NCBI GenBank assembly: GCA_023267275.1
Contig: JAHFNO010000005.1
Coordinates: 9,462-73,461, forward strand
DNA length: 64,000 bases
Source of the DNA: Candidatus Nomurabacteria bacterium
GTDB lineage: Bacteria; Patescibacteriota; Minisyncoccia; Phycocordibacterales; UBA9973
Reading direction: 5' to 3'
Below, piece by piece: positions 7,865 through 17,972 of this stretch (positions are counted from its first letter, which is position 1; each line of letters starts with the position of its first letter). Both the position numbers and the translations under genes were made by a program. The notes beneath the pieces were generated by a model. It was not told where the DNA came from, made no database searches, and saw only the letters and a list, made by a program, of their open reading frames with translations.

Positions 7865-10159
7865 ATGCAAAATACAAATACATTTAAAGTTCGCGGGATG
7901 CATTGTGCCTCATGTGCTGCGACTATTGAAAAAACATTTAAAAAAACTGACGGTGTTTCTTTGGCAGAGGCAAATTATGGCACCGAGTCCGTCAAAGTAG
8001 ATTTTGATGCATCAAAAACTTCTCCCGAAGCACTGTCTCAAAAAATCCAACCATTCGGATATGAGCTCATTATTCCAACCGCAGAAGAAATGCATATGTC
8101 GCAGAGTGAGCACGCGACGCATCTGGGACTCAATCAATCAAAGACAGAAAAATTGCAGGAACTTACCAGTTTGAAAATAAAAGTACTCACCGCTATTCCA
8201 CTCGCGATTGTGAGTCTCGTTTTCATGACTTGGGACATTCTCGCAGGATATGTACTCGTTCCCCAAATGAGTACAATGGTAAAAGAAATTTTTCAAATTC
8301 TTCTTCCGCTTTTTGCTACATACATGCTGTTCTACGTAGGGAAGCCATATCTTCTGGGCTTGTACCGATTTTTCCGCTATGGCAATGCAAACATGGATAC
8401 ACTGGTCGGGCTTGGTACTGGAGTGGCGTTTGTATATAGTCTCGCAACCATTTTCTTTCGCAGTGCGCTCGCTCGATACATAAATGTGGATGCAACATAT
8501 TTTGACATCACGATCATCGTCATTACATTTATTACGCTCGGAAAATATCTTGAGACTCGTTCAAAATTGAAAACTGGCGATGCAATTGAAAAACTCCTCA
8601 ACCTTTCTGCGAAGACAGCACTTGTTGCGCGTGATGGTACAGAAATGGAAATTCCAACGAGTGAGGTTGTGGTCGGCGATGTGCTTGTAGTAAAGCCGTC
8701 GGGAAAAATTCCTGTAGATGGCGTGCTTGTCGACGGTCATTCGTATGTTGATGAATCGATGATTACTGGCGAGCCAATGCCTCGCGAAAAAAATACGGGA
8801 GATTCTGTTGTTGCTGGCACAATAAATACGAGTGGTACATTTACGTTTCGCGCAACAAAAGTTGGGTCCGAAACAATGCTCGCACATATCATCAAGATGG
8901 TGGAAGATGCGCAGGGGAGCCGTGCTCCTATTCAGGCACTTGCCGACAAAATTTCTGCAGTGTTTGTGCCCGTCGTACTTGTGCTCGCGTTCCTTACGCT
9001 TGGATTGTGGATTGCTATTGGCACATCGCATCTTGGTTTTTCAAAAGCACTCGCCGATGGACTCACTTCATTTGTCGGTATTCTCGTGATTGCTTGTCCG
9101 TGTGCACTCGGTCTTGCAACACCGACGGCTATCATCGTTGGCGTCGGCAAAGGTGCAAAGGAGGGTATTCTCATCAAAGATGCGGCAACGCTGGAAAAAT
9201 TGCACACGGTGAATGTGGTTGTCTTGGACAAGACTGGTACGGTGACTCATGGCAAACCAGAACTGAGTACACTCAATAATGTTTCGAGCGAGAGTGATGA
9301 AAGAATTATACAATTGCTTGCCACACTCGAATCTCGATCGGAGCATCCGATTGCACGAGCGATTCTTACGCATGCGAAGGAAAAAAATATTTCGGTTCTC
9401 TCAATGAACAATTTTGATGCATTGAAAGGGAAAGGGGTGGGTGCTGAAATTGATGGTGTGCATTATTTTGCCGGCAGTGCTCGACTCGTCGAAGAATTCA
9501 ATATCAATTTTGATACACACTCGTTTGCCTCTCAATTGAGTGAAGGTAAGACACCGGTATTTCTTACAACAAAATCTGCAGTTCTTGCTGTAGTGTTTGT
9601 CTCTGATGCCATAAAGTCTGGAGTACAAGATGCAGTTACGCAATTACACAAGCTTGGTATTCGCGTCGTAATGCTTACCGGCGACACACAAAAAACTGCC
9701 GAATATATTGCACGCTCTGCCGGAATCGATGAGGTTGTGGCCGAAGTTTTGCCGGAAGACAAACTCGCAACGATTGTTGATTTGCAGAAAAAAGGCAATA
9801 CAGTGGCGATGGTAGGAGATGGCGTCAACGATGCACCGGCGCTCGCGCAAGCTGATGTGGGTATTGCGATGGCGACGGGTACTGATGTTGCTATCGAAAG
9901 TGCCGGCATTACTTTGCTTCACGGAGATATTTCAAAACTCGTAAAAGCTATTCGGCTTTCAAAACTCACGATGCGTGGCATCAAACAAAATTTGTTTTGG
10001 GCGTTTGTATATAATATAGTTGGCATTCCACTCGCAGCCGGATTGTTCTATCCGTTGTTTGGTTGGTTGCTCTCTCCGATATTTGCTGGACTTGCGATGG
10101 GACTCTCTAGTGTTTCCGTTGTCGGGAATTCACTGCGATTAAAAACTAAGAAACTCTAA
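7865..10159 (+). CDS. copA: Copper-translocating P1B-type ATPase
   Basis: N-terminal [36 protein letters not shown], eight predicted TM segments. Confidence 0.95.
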   Translation: MQNTNTFKVRGMHCASCAATIEKTFKKTDGVSLAEANYGTESVKVDFDASKTSPEALSQKIQPFGYELIIPTAEEMHMSQSEHATHLGLNQSKTEKLQELTSLKIKVLTAIPLAIVSLVFMTWDILAGYVLVPQMSTMVKEIFQILLPLFATYMLFYVGKPYLLGLYRFFRYGNANMDTLVGLGTGVAFVYSLATIFFRSALARYINVDATYFDITIIVITFITLGKYLETRSKLKTGDAIEKLLNLSAKTALVARDGTEMEIPTSEVVVGDVLVVKPSGKIPVDGVLVDGHSYVDESMITGEPMPREKNTGDSVVAGTINTSGTFTFRATKVGSETMLAHIIKMVEDAQGSRAPIQALADKISAVFVPVVLVLAFLTLGLWIAIGTSHLGFSKALADGLTSFVGILVIACPCALGLATPTAIIVGVGKGAKEGILIKDAATLEKLHTVNVVVLDKTGTVTHGKPELSTLNNVSSESDERIIQLLATLESRSEHPIARAILTHAKEKNISVLSMNNFDALKGKGVGAEIDGVHYFAGSARLVEEFNINFDTHSFASQLSEGKTPVFLTTKSAVLAVVFVSDAIKSGVQDAVTQLHKLGIRVVMLTGDTQKTAEYIARSAGIDEVVAEVLPEDKLATIVDLQKKGNTVAMVGDGVNDAPALAQADVGIAMATGTDVAIESAGITLLHGDISKLVKAIRLSKLTMRGIKQNLFWAFVYNIVGIPLAAGLFYPLFGWLLSPIFAGLAMGLSSVSVVGNSLRLKTKKL

Positions 10160-10220
10160 GGGAACACTTACGTCGATGTAATTCGACGCAAGGGAACACT
10201 TATGCAAAGCTAAAAATTGT

Positions 10221-10844
10221 ATGGAACAGAAAAAAACACAAAAAACATTTTTACTTGTCGTTGTTTGTATCATCGTCGTAGTACTCGTTGTGTTTCTTGG
10301 AAAAACGAATAGCACACCACAAGCTCCGGTATCAGAAAATACAACACTCGGTATACAGGTGACGGCAGCGCCATGGATTGCGGAAATAGCGCATTTGAAA
10401 GAGCGACTCGCGTCTATTGGATTGCCAGCTCTTCCGGAAGAGGGAACTACGCTCCATATACATCAACATCTCGATATTTTTGTGCACGGAAAACCAGTTG
10501 CCGTATCGCCTGGAATTGGAATCAATGAGCAAGATCGTTTTATTGCACCGATTCATACACACGATGCATCAAATGTTATTCACGTTGAATCACCAACAGT
10601 ACAAGATTTTACTCTCGGACAGTTCTTCGACATTTGGGGTGTGCAATTTACAGCGAATGCGATTGGCGGATATACGAGTGATGCAACAAATACGCTCACT
10701 GTGTTTGTAAATGGAAAAGAATTTGCTGGTGACCCAAGAACACTTATTCTTGCTCCGCACCAAGAAATTGTCGTGACATTTGGAACAAAAGCTGAAATTC
10801 CAAATCCTGTGCCATCGTCGTATACATTTTCAGATGGAGAATAA
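10221..10844 (+). CDS. Membrane-anchored His-rich hypothetical protein within the copper cluster
   Basis: Signal-anchor helix, then HIHQHLDIFVHG...IHTHDASNVIHVESP histidine clusters. No known domain. Confidence 0.5.
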   Translation: MEQKKTQKTFLLVVVCIIVVVLVVFLGKTNSTPQAPVSENTTLGIQVTAAPWIAEIAHLKERLASIGLPALPEEGTTLHIHQHLDIFVHGKPVAVSPGIGINEQDRFIAPIHTHDASNVIHVESPTVQDFTLGQFFDIWGVQFTANAIGGYTSDATNTLTVFVNGKEFAGDPRTLILAPHQEIVVTFGTKAEIPNPVPSSYTFSDGE

Positions 10845-10853
10845 TATATTTAT

Positions 10854-11882
10854 ATGAACACACAAAAAACATATACATTTCATGTGCACGGCATGCATTG
10901 CAACTCATGTGTACTCCTTACGGAGAGTGAACTCGCCGAGCTTCCATACATCACGAGTGCAAAGAGTAGTTTACAGAATCGCACGGTTGTTGTTGAAGGA
11001 GACTTTGGTGAGCAAACTGCCGAAGAAATCGCACAAACACTCACGAATGTATTGCAGCCACACGGATATACACTTTCGATTGAAGCAGAACAAAAAGAAA
11101 AAAATCTTTCTGAATTTATGGTCGCAGTTCCGATCGCGATTGGTTTTGCCGCACTCTTTTTGTTGCTCCAAAAATCAGGTATTGTGCACCTGAGTGGATT
11201 TGGAGAGGTGACGTACGGCACGGCATTTGTCATTGGTATCATCGCTTCGCTTTCTTCGTGTATGGCAGTGGTGGGAGGACTCGTACTTTCAATGTCGGCA
11301 ACATTCGCAAAAGAAAGTAGTACTGCTCGTCCACAGATTCTTTTCCATATTGGACGAATCGTTTCGTTTTTTGTACTTGGTGGAGTCGTTGGTCTTTTGG
11401 GAAAAGCATTTGCACTCTCGGCAACAGTGACATTTATACTTGGGCTCATTGTTGGTTTGGTAATGCTTATTCTCGGAATCAATTTGCTCGATGTTTTTCA
11501 TTGGTCAAAACGTTTGCAACCAGGGATGCCAAAAATTCTTTCCAAGCATGCGTTTAACGTTTCAAAAATAAATGGAGCTGTGACACCACTCCTTGTTGGG
11601 GTCGCCACCTTTTTCCTGCCATGTGGATTTACACAATCGATGCAAATTTACACACTTTCAACGGGAAGTTTTTTGAAAGGAGGACTTACCATGCTTGCAT
11701 TCGCACTAGGTACATTTCCTGTGCTCGCCGCACTTTCATTTGGTTCATCGAATATTGCAAAAAGTGCAAAGTCGGGCATATTTTTTAAATCCGCAGGACT
11801 CGTTGTGATTCTTTTTGCAGTATTTAATATTATCAATGCACTAGCAGTGGCAGGAATTATTCCACCAGTATTTAATTTTTAA
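10854..11882 (+). CDS. HMA-domain fused to a DsbD/CcdA/TauE-like transmembrane domain
   Basis: N-terminal GMHCNSC heavy-metal-associated motif; polytopic membrane domain with paired cysteines (SSCMAV, FLPCGF). Confidence 0.65.
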   Translation: MNTQKTYTFHVHGMHCNSCVLLTESELAELPYITSAKSSLQNRTVVVEGDFGEQTAEEIAQTLTNVLQPHGYTLSIEAEQKEKNLSEFMVAVPIAIGFAALFLLLQKSGIVHLSGFGEVTYGTAFVIGIIASLSSCMAVVGGLVLSMSATFAKESSTARPQILFHIGRIVSFFVLGGVVGLLGKAFALSATVTFILGLIVGLVMLILGINLLDVFHWSKRLQPGMPKILSKHAFNVSKINGAVTPLLVGVATFFLPCGFTQSMQIYTLSTGSFLKGGLTMLAFALGTFPVLAALSFGSSNIAKSAKSGIFFKSAGLVVILFAVFNIINALAVAGIIPPVFNF

Positions 11883-11900
11883 TATACGCTACACAAATGG

Positions 11901-11990
11901 CTCATTTCTTCGTTGCCTCACTCGTTTGTTCCCGCGGAGTAGGATTACTACACCTTAGTCACAAGCCTCATTCGCGCCTCGAACTGCATC
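11901..11990 (+). repeat. Copy 1 of a ~90-nt dispersed intergenic element
   Basis: Core ...ctcgtttgttcccgcggagtaggattactacaccttagtcacaagcctcattcgcgcctcgaactgcat, embedded between the 18-bp inverted repeat atatacgctacacaaatgg / ccatttgtgtagcgtata. Copies also at 34412-34503 (inverted) and 42075-42170. Confidence 0.65.
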
Positions 11991-12016
11991 CATTTGTGTA
12001 GCGTATAATAACTTTT

Positions 12017-12406
12017 ATGAAAAAATCAGTATTCATTATTATTTGTAGTCTCGCCGGGATACTCGTACTGTCACTCTTTTTTGTTTCGCCGAAAAAAGTA
12101 CCGGAGATGAGTGTCGATGGTTCAAATGTGTATATGGAAAATGGCGTTCAGATTGTGGCAATTAAAGCTGGTGGGGGATATTCTCCGCAAGTGAGTGTGG
12201 CGAAGGCAGGTATTCCGACAAAAATCCGGTTTGCCACGAGTGGTTCATTTGATTGTTCTTCGTCGGTTCGGATTCCAAGTCTTCATATCTCTCAAATTCT
12301 TCCTCAAAAAGGGAAAGCTGATATCGATATTGGTACACCAAGTGCCGGACCACTCCAGGGAATGTGTGGAATGGGAATGTATCCGTTTAGTGTCACGTTT
12401 CAGTAA
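12017..12406 (+). CDS. Secreted Cys/Met-rich protein, possible copper-binding
   Basis: Signal peptide; C-terminal GMCGMGMY and FDCSSS. Next to the copper genes. No confident domain assignment. Confidence 0.4.
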   Translation: MKKSVFIIICSLAGILVLSLFFVSPKKVPEMSVDGSNVYMENGVQIVAIKAGGGYSPQVSVAKAGIPTKIRFATSGSFDCSSSVRIPSLHISQILPQKGKADIDIGTPSAGPLQGMCGMGMYPFSVTFQ

Positions 12407-12414
12407 CGGCTGGT

Positions 12415-12771
12415 TTGCAGTATACTATTCAAATGCAAAAATTACAGAACAAGCGATGTATTCCGTGTGAGCAAAAGAAGGGGACAGCGCCTCTTTCAAA
12501 AGAAGCTATCGATCAGTTATTTGTTGAGCTTACCGGATGGGAAATCGCAAAGAATTACAAATCAATCGTGAAAGATTTGGTTTTTACAAATTTTGATAAG
12601 GCGATGGATTTTGTAAATGTAGTTGCCGACCTCGCCGAATTTGAAGGACACCACCCCGATATTGATATTCGTTACAATAAAGTAAAGCTTGTACTCTCGA
12701 CACATTCCATAGGTGGTCTTTCAGAAAATGATTTTATTCTTGCAGCAAAAATCGACCGAATTTTTTTGTAA
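12415..12771 (+). CDS. Pterin-4a-carbinolamine dehydratase (PCD/DCoH)
   Basis: LTGWEI...FTNFDKAMDFVNVVADLAEFEGHHPDIDIRYNKVKLVLSTHSIGGLSENDFILAAKID matches the PCD family, including the HHPD motif. Confidence 0.8.
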   Translation: MQYTIQMQKLQNKRCIPCEQKKGTAPLSKEAIDQLFVELTGWEIAKNYKSIVKDLVFTNFDKAMDFVNVVADLAEFEGHHPDIDIRYNKVKLVLSTHSIGGLSENDFILAAKIDRIFL

Positions 12772-12782
12772 AAAATTCGGTC

Positions 12783-12807
12783 GATCCCAAACTTGATTTG
12801 GGATCCA
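12783..12807. repeat. REP-like hairpin, member of the GGATC..GATCC family
   Basis: ggatcccaaa-cttga-tttgggatcc after the PCD stop. Related to the hairpins at 25.8, 45.5, 47.4, 54.5 and 61.3 kb. Confidence 0.5.
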
Positions 12808-12833
12808 GGTTAATAATAATTGAATTATAATTT

Positions 12834-13280
12834 ATGAACTCATTTCTTCTTCATATTTTTATCGCGTGTATTGGTGTGGTTGGTTTTTCGATTGCCACAT
12901 ATATATCCCTCTGTAAAAAGAAAAAAAAGCCGCTCGTGTGTCCACTCCGTACCAGTTGCAATTTTGTGACCACGAGTGACTATTCAAAATTTCTCGGTAT
13001 TCATGTTGAGTATCTCGGTATGGCGTATTACGCATTTGTCACTCTACTCCATTTACTTCTCGCATTCTCACCATACTACGTGAGTGATATGGTCTTTTGG
13101 TTTGGATTGCTTGTCTCAATCGGAGCCTTTCTTTTTTCAGTGTATCTCACAAGTGTGCAGGCGTTTGTCCTCAAACAATGGTGTACCTGGTGTATTTTTT
13201 CAGCAACCCTGTGTGTGATTATCGTCCTTGCCACATATTATTCTTGGGTGACTATTGTTCCACTACCGCTTACTTTATAA
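12834..13280 (+). CDS. VKOR-family thiol oxidoreductase
   Basis: Four or five TM helices with CTWC (CxxC) and a loop Cys pair (CPLRTSC). Size and topology fit the VKOR family. Confidence 0.7.
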   Translation: MNSFLLHIFIACIGVVGFSIATYISLCKKKKKPLVCPLRTSCNFVTTSDYSKFLGIHVEYLGMAYYAFVTLLHLLLAFSPYYVSDMVFWFGLLVSIGAFLFSVYLTSVQAFVLKQWCTWCIFSATLCVIIVLATYYSWVTIVPLPLTL

Positions 13281-13431
13281 GAGAAAAATTCGCTTTTTCA
13301 GCGTTTTTTTGATATAACATATGGGCTTTCTTGTCCACACAGGAAGCAAGGGTATTGGTGTCTAGATGATTTCTGAATTAATCATAAACCATCTTGTTTA
13401 CATAGGTCTTTTTCTTTGATAAAATTGAAGC

Positions 13432-13926
13432 ATGCCAATAGTTGCATGCAAAATTTGTTCAAAAGAATTTTATGCAAAACCATTCTTTTTACGGAATGGG
13501 CATGCAAAGTATTGCTCTGATAAATGTATGCGTCTTGCAAGCAGGACTGGCAAAGTTGTAAATTGTCATGCCTGTCAAAAAGAAGTATATAAAACGAAGA
13601 AGGCATTGCGTATTTCAAAAAGCAAGACATATTTTTGTACAAAGTCTTGCCAAACAAAATGGCGCAATTCAGTTTTTGTTGGTTCGAAGCATGCAAATTG
13701 GAAAGATGGAAGTGCGTCGTATCGAAGTGTAATGCTAAAAAATAAAATCCCTCAAGTCTGTCGTTTATGCATGACTGCGGATTTACGAGTATTGGCAGTA
13801 CATCATATTGATCGAAATAGAAAAAACAGCTCGTTGTCAAACTTGGCTTGGCTGTGCCACAATTGTCATTTCTTGTTACATCATTACAAAGATGTAGAAA
13901 AGAAATTTATGGAGGCATTAGTGTAG
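13432..13926 (+). CDS. HNH homing endonuclease with N-terminal zinc-finger repeats
   Basis: Multiple CxxC pairs; HHIDRNRKNSSLSNLAWLCHNCH is an H-N-H motif. Confidence 0.8.
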   Translation: MPIVACKICSKEFYAKPFFLRNGHAKYCSDKCMRLASRTGKVVNCHACQKEVYKTKKALRISKSKTYFCTKSCQTKWRNSVFVGSKHANWKDGSASYRSVMLKNKIPQVCRLCMTADLRVLAVHHIDRNRKNSSLSNLAWLCHNCHFLLHHYKDVEKKFMEALV

Positions 13927-14014
13927 GAGTAACACAACAGTTTGTGGAACTGTTATCGTGGGTGCAAAGCCCACATGCCTCCCCAAAAGTATAAATATAT
14001 ACATAATTAATTAT

Positions 14015-14425
14015 ATGAAAATCTTATTTGTTTGCCGTGGAAATGTTGGAAGGAGTCAGATGGCCGAAGCACTCTTTAAGAAATACATTAAAGGTGATTA
14101 TTCAATTTCATCTGCGGGAACAAAGTTAAGTGGGGAAGAATGCCCTCTTGTTGATTTACCTTTAGCTGAGAATGTGATTGATGTCATCAAAGAAGAAGGT
14201 ATTGATGTCTCTCAAAATTATAGAAATCAACTGACGGAAGAAATATTCAACAAGGCGGACAAGGTAGTTCTTGTTGTGGATGATGCTGACCCATTACCTG
14301 ATTATGTAATTGGAAGGGATAAAGTCATTCGTTGGTCTGTTCCAGACCCAAAAGGGACTACTCTTGAAAGACATCGCGAGATTTTGAATCAAATCAAAAA
14401 ATTGATATTATTTACCACTTTCTAA
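14015..14425 (+). CDS. Low-molecular-weight protein-tyrosine phosphatase / ArsC-type arsenate reductase family
   Basis: ILFVCRGNVGRSQMAEAL is the CX5R P-loop of the LMW-PTP/ArsC family. Start taken at MKILFVC. Confidence 0.8.
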   Translation: MKILFVCRGNVGRSQMAEALFKKYIKGDYSISSAGTKLSGEECPLVDLPLAENVIDVIKEEGIDVSQNYRNQLTEEIFNKADKVVLVVDDADPLPDYVIGRDKVIRWSVPDPKGTTLERHREILNQIKKLILFTTF

Positions 14426-14458
14426 TATTAATGCAAGAATTCTGATATATTTCTTAGT

Positions 14459-14758
14459 ATGGAATCATCAAAAATAGAATCATACGTTGCGTTTCCTATC
14501 CAAGAAACGGCCAAGGCGCTTGCTGCTCAGGTCGGTTTGGAAAGCGCTCCAAATCTTAAATCCGTTATTGAGGAAATCAGTGATGCGTTTGCTGTAGCAA
14601 TTGCGACAACAGACAAGCAAAAAATACAAGTATCTTTACGGATACTGAAAATGCACGAAGATTATCTCGGAGAAAAATATCGCGATACGCCCGATGATGT
14701 GCGTTATATCAAAACCGTCAATAAGGCAATTGAGTATCTCGAATCACAGATCCAATAG
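14459..14758 (+). CDS. Hypothetical protein
   Basis: 99-aa ORF with coding-like composition and no recognisable domain. Confidence 0.45.
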   Translation: MESSKIESYVAFPIQETAKALAAQVGLESAPNLKSVIEEISDAFAVAIATTDKQKIQVSLRILKMHEDYLGEKYRDTPDDVRYIKTVNKAIEYLESQIQ

Positions 14759-14812
14759 TATTTTATATACGTGGGTGTATAATTGATTCATTACAAATTA
14801 AATCTCCCTTTT

Positions 14813-17398
14813 ATGAATCAAATGAAAAAAGTGTTTTGCTTGCTCGGAGTCGTTCTTTCACTTTTTATTATCGTCGCAATTCCAAACAGAGCTTCGGCTG
14901 CGACGTGGACAGCGAATACCACATTCGGTACTCATTTTTGGTCTCTTGGCGGAATTACTGCATCTGCCGATGGAATGAAGCTGGCTCTTATCGATAAGGC
15001 TGGTACACATACAAACGGTTATATTTATACATCTACCGACGGGGGAATAACATGGACACTGCGTACCTCCGCAGGTTTTCATTCTTGGGAATCCATTGCC
15101 ATGTCTGCTGATGGAATGAAAATTATTGCTGCCGATCTTGGTGGATATCTTTATACATCAACTGATAGTGGGGCAACTTGGATAGCACGCACTACACCTG
15201 GAATGCATAATTGGACGGCGGTTGCGTCATCCGCCGATGGAATGAAACTTGTTGCGGGTGTTTCAGGAGGCATGAGTTATCCAACTGAATCTAATGCCAT
15301 ATACACATCAACTGACGGCGGGGCAACCTGGGTTTTACGAATCACTTCAACGACAGCTCCAAGCAATTATCACTGGAGATCGATTGCGTCTTCTGCTGAC
15401 GGAGTAAAACTGATAGCTGCAGTGCAGGATGGTGGGTATTTGTATACATCAACTGACAGCGGTGCAACATGGACAGCGCGTACATCTGCGGGGATAGATA
15501 ATTGGATAACAGTATCTTCTTCTGCCAATGGAACCAGACTTATTGCAGGATCTGACGAGAATGGTACGAATCGTTTACTTACATCAGCTGACGGTGGAGT
15601 AACATGGACACCTCATGCTTCAGTTACTTCTCATGCGGTTACAGCCTCATCCGCCGATGGAATGAAGCTTTTCTCTGCCGGGAGTGCTTATCTTGCTCAA
15701 AATATTTTTACATCAGTAGACGGTGGTTCTACTTGGACCGCTGAAACAGCCGGAGGCAGTCGTAACTGGTGGGGTCTTGCAATATCAAGCGATGCAACAA
15801 GAATTGTTGGAACTGATATTGGTGGGTACTTATATACTGGAGTGACGACAGTAGCAACTTTAGTACCCGTTGTTGCTACAATCTCGGTATCAGATATTAA
15901 CGCAACCAGCGCGGTATTTCATGGAAATATTGTCTCAACAGGATCATCGACAGCATTTACAGTTACGGATATTGGATTCGATTTTGTAAATGAAATAACA
16001 AATGTCACTCAAAATATTGGTGCAGGCAGTCCCTCAGGTCCATTTCCGGTAGGTTCTTATTCTTTCATGGCAAACCCAATTAGTTGTGGTACCCCGTATC
16101 ATTTTCGTGCAACTGCTACAAATTCTATCGGTACTGGATATGGTTCATACATTAGCTTTACCACACTGCCATGTCCTACAGGTACGATCGTTCCTCCTAC
16201 AGTTACCACGGTTTCCGCAACTGCAGTAACCGCAAATAGTGTAATGCTCAACGGTTTAATCACTTCGCTCGGAGGAACAGCTACATCAGCAACAGTTTCA
16301 AGTGTCGGATTTGATTATGGATTCGGTGGTCTTGTTGGAACTCATTCCGTTACGACAGGATCGTTTGGACTCGGTGCATTTAGTACGTCCATTACTGGAC
16401 TTGGTTGTGGTGTTCCATACACTTTCCATGCAAATGCAACAAATTCTGCCGGCACCGGACAAGGCGTAGATATGACATTCACGACGTTGCCATGTCCTCC
16501 GACTACTTATGGTTCAACAATAGTTGTTACGGTTACAGCTGATCCTCAAACCACACGTGCAACACTTACTGGTAATCTGATTCGAATTCCAGGACCAAAT
16601 AGTTCAACGGTTGTTGGATTTGTATACGGACCAACCTTGGCATATGGAAACATTGTAGCCGCTGGTCCTGCAACAAAAACAACAGGAGTGTATACAAAAT
16701 ATATTATTGGTCTTATACCCAATACGCTCTATCACTACAAAGCATATGCTTCGAACTCATATGGAACAGTCTATGGTGAAGACATGACATTTACTACGAC
16801 TGATGGCCTGGCACCACTTGCGACTGCATCATACGGACAAACAAATTCTGCAGTAACCGCAGTGCAGATGATACTCATTGCAAAAGGATATTTAAGAACA
16901 ACTGCGACTGGATATTTCGGCGGAGCAACAATGAGCGCAATCAAAGCTTTTCAAAAGGCGAATGGTCTTGCGACTACGGGAGGTCTTGGAAAATTGACAC
17001 TCGCACTACTCACTGACATTCGTGATCGAGAGGGTATTGCCACGACGGCCCCAGCTTCTGCAAGTGTTGTTACACCAGCATCATCAAGTCTTGCGCGAGT
17101 TCCAGCAACTGTTTCTACGATAAGTTCTGGTTTGATAACAAAAACAGGAGCAACACTCAATGGTCACCTCGATACGCTTGGTAGCGCGTCAACTGCAACT
17201 GTTGGATTCAGTTATGGAAACACGACTGCATATGGCACAAACACAACTCTTGTTTCTGAAATGACGAGTCCTGCTGGATTCTCATCCCATGTAAATCTTT
17301 CCTGTGGTACGAGTTATCATTTCCGTTCATTTGCACAAACTACCGCTAGTACCGTATATGGATCTGATATGATATTTACCACTCCTTTGTGTAATTAA
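14813..17398 (+). CDS. Secreted BNR-repeat surface protein with Ig/fibronectin-like repeats and a peptidoglycan-binding domain
   Basis: Signal peptide; about nine Y.STDGG.TWT BNR (Asp-box) repeats. Repeated FTTLPCP modules. PG_binding_1-like QMILIAKGYL...YFGGATMSAIKAFQKANGL. Confidence 0.7.
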   Translation: MNQMKKVFCLLGVVLSLFIIVAIPNRASAATWTANTTFGTHFWSLGGITASADGMKLALIDKAGTHTNGYIYTSTDGGITWTLRTSAGFHSWESIAMSADGMKIIAADLGGYLYTSTDSGATWIARTTPGMHNWTAVASSADGMKLVAGVSGGMSYPTESNAIYTSTDGGATWVLRITSTTAPSNYHWRSIASSADGVKLIAAVQDGGYLYTSTDSGATWTARTSAGIDNWITVSSSANGTRLIAGSDENGTNRLLTSADGGVTWTPHASVTSHAVTASSADGMKLFSAGSAYLAQNIFTSVDGGSTWTAETAGGSRNWWGLAISSDATRIVGTDIGGYLYTGVTTVATLVPVVATISVSDINATSAVFHGNIVSTGSSTAFTVTDIGFDFVNEITNVTQNIGAGSPSGPFPVGSYSFMANPISCGTPYHFRATATNSIGTGYGSYISFTTLPCPTGTIVPPTVTTVSATAVTANSVMLNGLITSLGGTATSATVSSVGFDYGFGGLVGTHSVTTGSFGLGAFSTSITGLGCGVPYTFHANATNSAGTGQGVDMTFTTLPCPPTTYGSTIVVTVTADPQTTRATLTGNLIRIPGPNSSTVVGFVYGPTLAYGNIVAAGPATKTTGVYTKYIIGLIPNTLYHYKAYASNSYGTVYGEDMTFTTTDGLAPLATASYGQTNSAVTAVQMILIAKGYLRTTATGYFGGATMSAIKAFQKANGLATTGGLGKLTLALLTDIRDREGIATTAPASASVVTPASSSLARVPATVSTISSGLITKTGATLNGHLDTLGSASTATVGFSYGNTTAYGTNTTLVSEMTSPAGFSSHVNLSCGTSYHFRSFAQTTASTVYGSDMIFTTPLCN

Positions 17399-17413
17399 AT
17401 TACATAATTAGTT

Positions 17414-17929
17414 ATGGTAAATAAAAATAAATCTACCGGTTTTACACTTATTGAACTGCTCGTGGTAATTGCCATTATTGGTATTCTTGCTGTGATTGTG
17501 CTTGCGTCACTTGGAGTTGCGCGTACACGATCTGTTGATGCGAAAATTAAAAGCCAGCTTTCGAGCATGCGTTCAGAGGCACAGTTGTACAACGGAGTAG
17601 GGAATGCAGTGATTCTTTCAGATGGAGCACCGTGTCCAATTCCTGGAGGAGGCTTTGATGCTACGGGAACAATTTTTGACACCGCAAACAACGGTATTGG
17701 AAAATTGTATCCGTTACAAAATGAAACAACACCTGATACGCAATGTGTTGCCACCGCAGGCACACCTGCCTCATCTCAATCAAAATGGGCAGTGGCATGG
17801 CCACTCTCTAATGGTTGGTTTTGTGTAGACAGTGCAAACATCGCACGAAATACGAACACCTCTGGCAATGTGTATGATGGAGCGACGACGGGATTATCTC
17901 CTGCAATCACTACCGATCAGTGCAATTAA
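17414..17929 (+). CDS. Type IV pilin / pseudopilin
   Basis: Prepilin leader and methylation motif KSTGFTLIELLVVIAIIGILA. Confidence 0.85.
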   Translation: MVNKNKSTGFTLIELLVVIAIIGILAVIVLASLGVARTRSVDAKIKSQLSSMRSEAQLYNGVGNAVILSDGAPCPIPGGGFDATGTIFDTANNGIGKLYPLQNETTPDTQCVATAGTPASSQSKWAVAWPLSNGWFCVDSANIARNTNTSGNVYDGATTGLSPAITTDQCN

Positions 17930-17972
17930 ATGTAATTTACGTATTTGATGGAGGGTGGTATAATCCTGGCAT

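Noticed and set aside
8230-9922. Many 60-156 aa ORFs on both strands inside copA
   Set aside because: Nested within a confidently identified 764-aa P-type ATPase. GC-skewed antisense frames typical of spurious ORFs.
10880-11482. 200-aa minus-strand ORF and several small ORFs inside the HMA-membrane gene
   Set aside because: Antisense to a coherent TM-protein gene. Composition Ser/Pro/Thr-rich in the way antisense frames of hydrophobic genes are.
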